A DNA stretch of 61,717 nucleotides, counting the filler, from Trichosphaerium sp. ATCC 40318 (Eukaryota; Protista; Tubulinea): NCBI GenBank assembly GCA_038496445.1. It is 3 parts of 3 records of this genome, joined end to end, with 100 filler letters (N's around TTAATTAATTAA, not from the genome) between each part and the next. Parts side by side here need not be neighbours in the genome. Positions count along the whole stretch, not along the records: positions 48,038 to 61,717 come from JALMLS010000298.1; 2 more parts are not named here. One strand, 5' to 3'. The notes under the pieces are model-generated. The model saw only the letters and a list, made by a program, of their open reading frames with translations. It made no database searches and was not told the origin of the DNA. Positions 60,871-61,717 of the stretch are shown in pieces (position 1 is the stretch's first letter; each line of letters opens with the position of its first letter). The translations under genes and the position numbers were made by a program.

Positions 60871-61717
60871 ATGGATTGATTTTTTTGCGCGTTCTACCCT
60901 TCTTAGCTGCTTTGTTGTTGCTCGCAAACCGCTTCTAGCGCTTGCTCTGAAGCAAATTTTGATTCTTTCAAAAACGAAAAGCGGGTCGTCTGGGCTCGGG
61001 GCACCATACTTTGAGCGACAAGGTAATTAGTTTGCTAGACGAGTTAATGCTTGCAGACAACCTTGATGATTGTTATGCGCTTAACAGATATAACCTTCTT
61101 AAGGAATTAGTGCATCTTAAGCGTGTTCCTGATGTGAGAAAGATTGACCGAAAATGCTGCTTGGCCTGAGAGAAGCAGTTCAAGTATATAAAAAATTTGT
61201 CCACGGCTAAGGCTTTGACGATACAGCAAGAAGCGCTTGTTCAAGAAGCGGCTAAAGCTGTTGGCGTCAGGCCTGTTGTTGCACTGCCAACGCGGAGCGG
61301 AGGAGCTGCAACCATGGCGGAAAGAAACGCCATGCATTTTGCTACCATCGCTTCCAGATTATGACCTACAGCTTTTTGCTGCATATCATGAGCTCGGACA
61401 CATTGTCCATCAGGATACTTATCTCGAGAAGGATGTAGAATTATATCGAAAGCTTATACATGATCCACTTTTTATACAAGACATCCAAACATTTTCGGAT
61501 TTAGTAAATAAGGGAAAAGCTGTATTTGATGAAGGGAGCAAAACGGGCAAGCTTATCAAAAATAAACTTGATAGAGATCCCTCACTTGCATTACAAGATT
61601 TTGAAAAGATCCGTTCTTAGCCTTTTTGCGGGGTAAAGAGAAGCGCGCTGATTTGTTTGCTAGTGAAAACCTCTTTAAACAAAACCTCATAAAACCTCTA
61701 TTAAAGCAATCAATGAA
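60871..61717 (+). CDS. M48-like zinc metallopeptidase, frameshifted, runs off the window
   Basis: AYHELGHI (HExxH) and downstream EKRADLFA; hydrophobic N-terminus after a GAGGG RBS-like site. Confidence 0.7.

Overview
The window is not one natural molecule. It is three contigs joined by artificial 100-bp linkers (44 N + TTAATTAATTAA + 44 N) at 26365-26464 and 47938-48037. Contigs 1 and 2 (1-26364; 26465-47937) are AT-rich eukaryotic nuclear DNA with short introns, probably from an amoeboid protist (inference). Their spliced genes are an F-box/Ras fusion with a P-loop Lys-to-Cys change, a tandem LamG-like surface protein, a P-type ATPase, a class C GPCR, a monoamine oxidase and a multi-pass membrane protein. 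They also carry intronless F-box and MORN-variant genes, two related Mutator-like (MULE) transposons with 9-bp target-site duplications (one intact-looking, one broken by nested elements), and several families of short non-autonomous elements. Contig 3 (48038-61717) is bacterial and resembles an intracellular protist parasite such as Ca. Dependentiae/TM6 (inference). It holds secreted ankyrin proteins, a cluster of four beta-propeller paralogs, an Ntox37-like toxin with a putative immunity gene, an M48-like peptidase and many frameshifts. The most unusual signals are: (1) one ~90-bp GC-rich structured core carried by two mini-MULEs with unrelated termini; (2) association of a MITE family and a 1-kb repeat with intronless virus-like genes; (3) several GC-AG introns plus CACGTG enrichment; (4) the Ras pseudo-GTPase F-box; (5) the rearranged beta-propeller locus. 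All family calls come from motif recognition by eye, with no database searches, and exon boundaries are manual.
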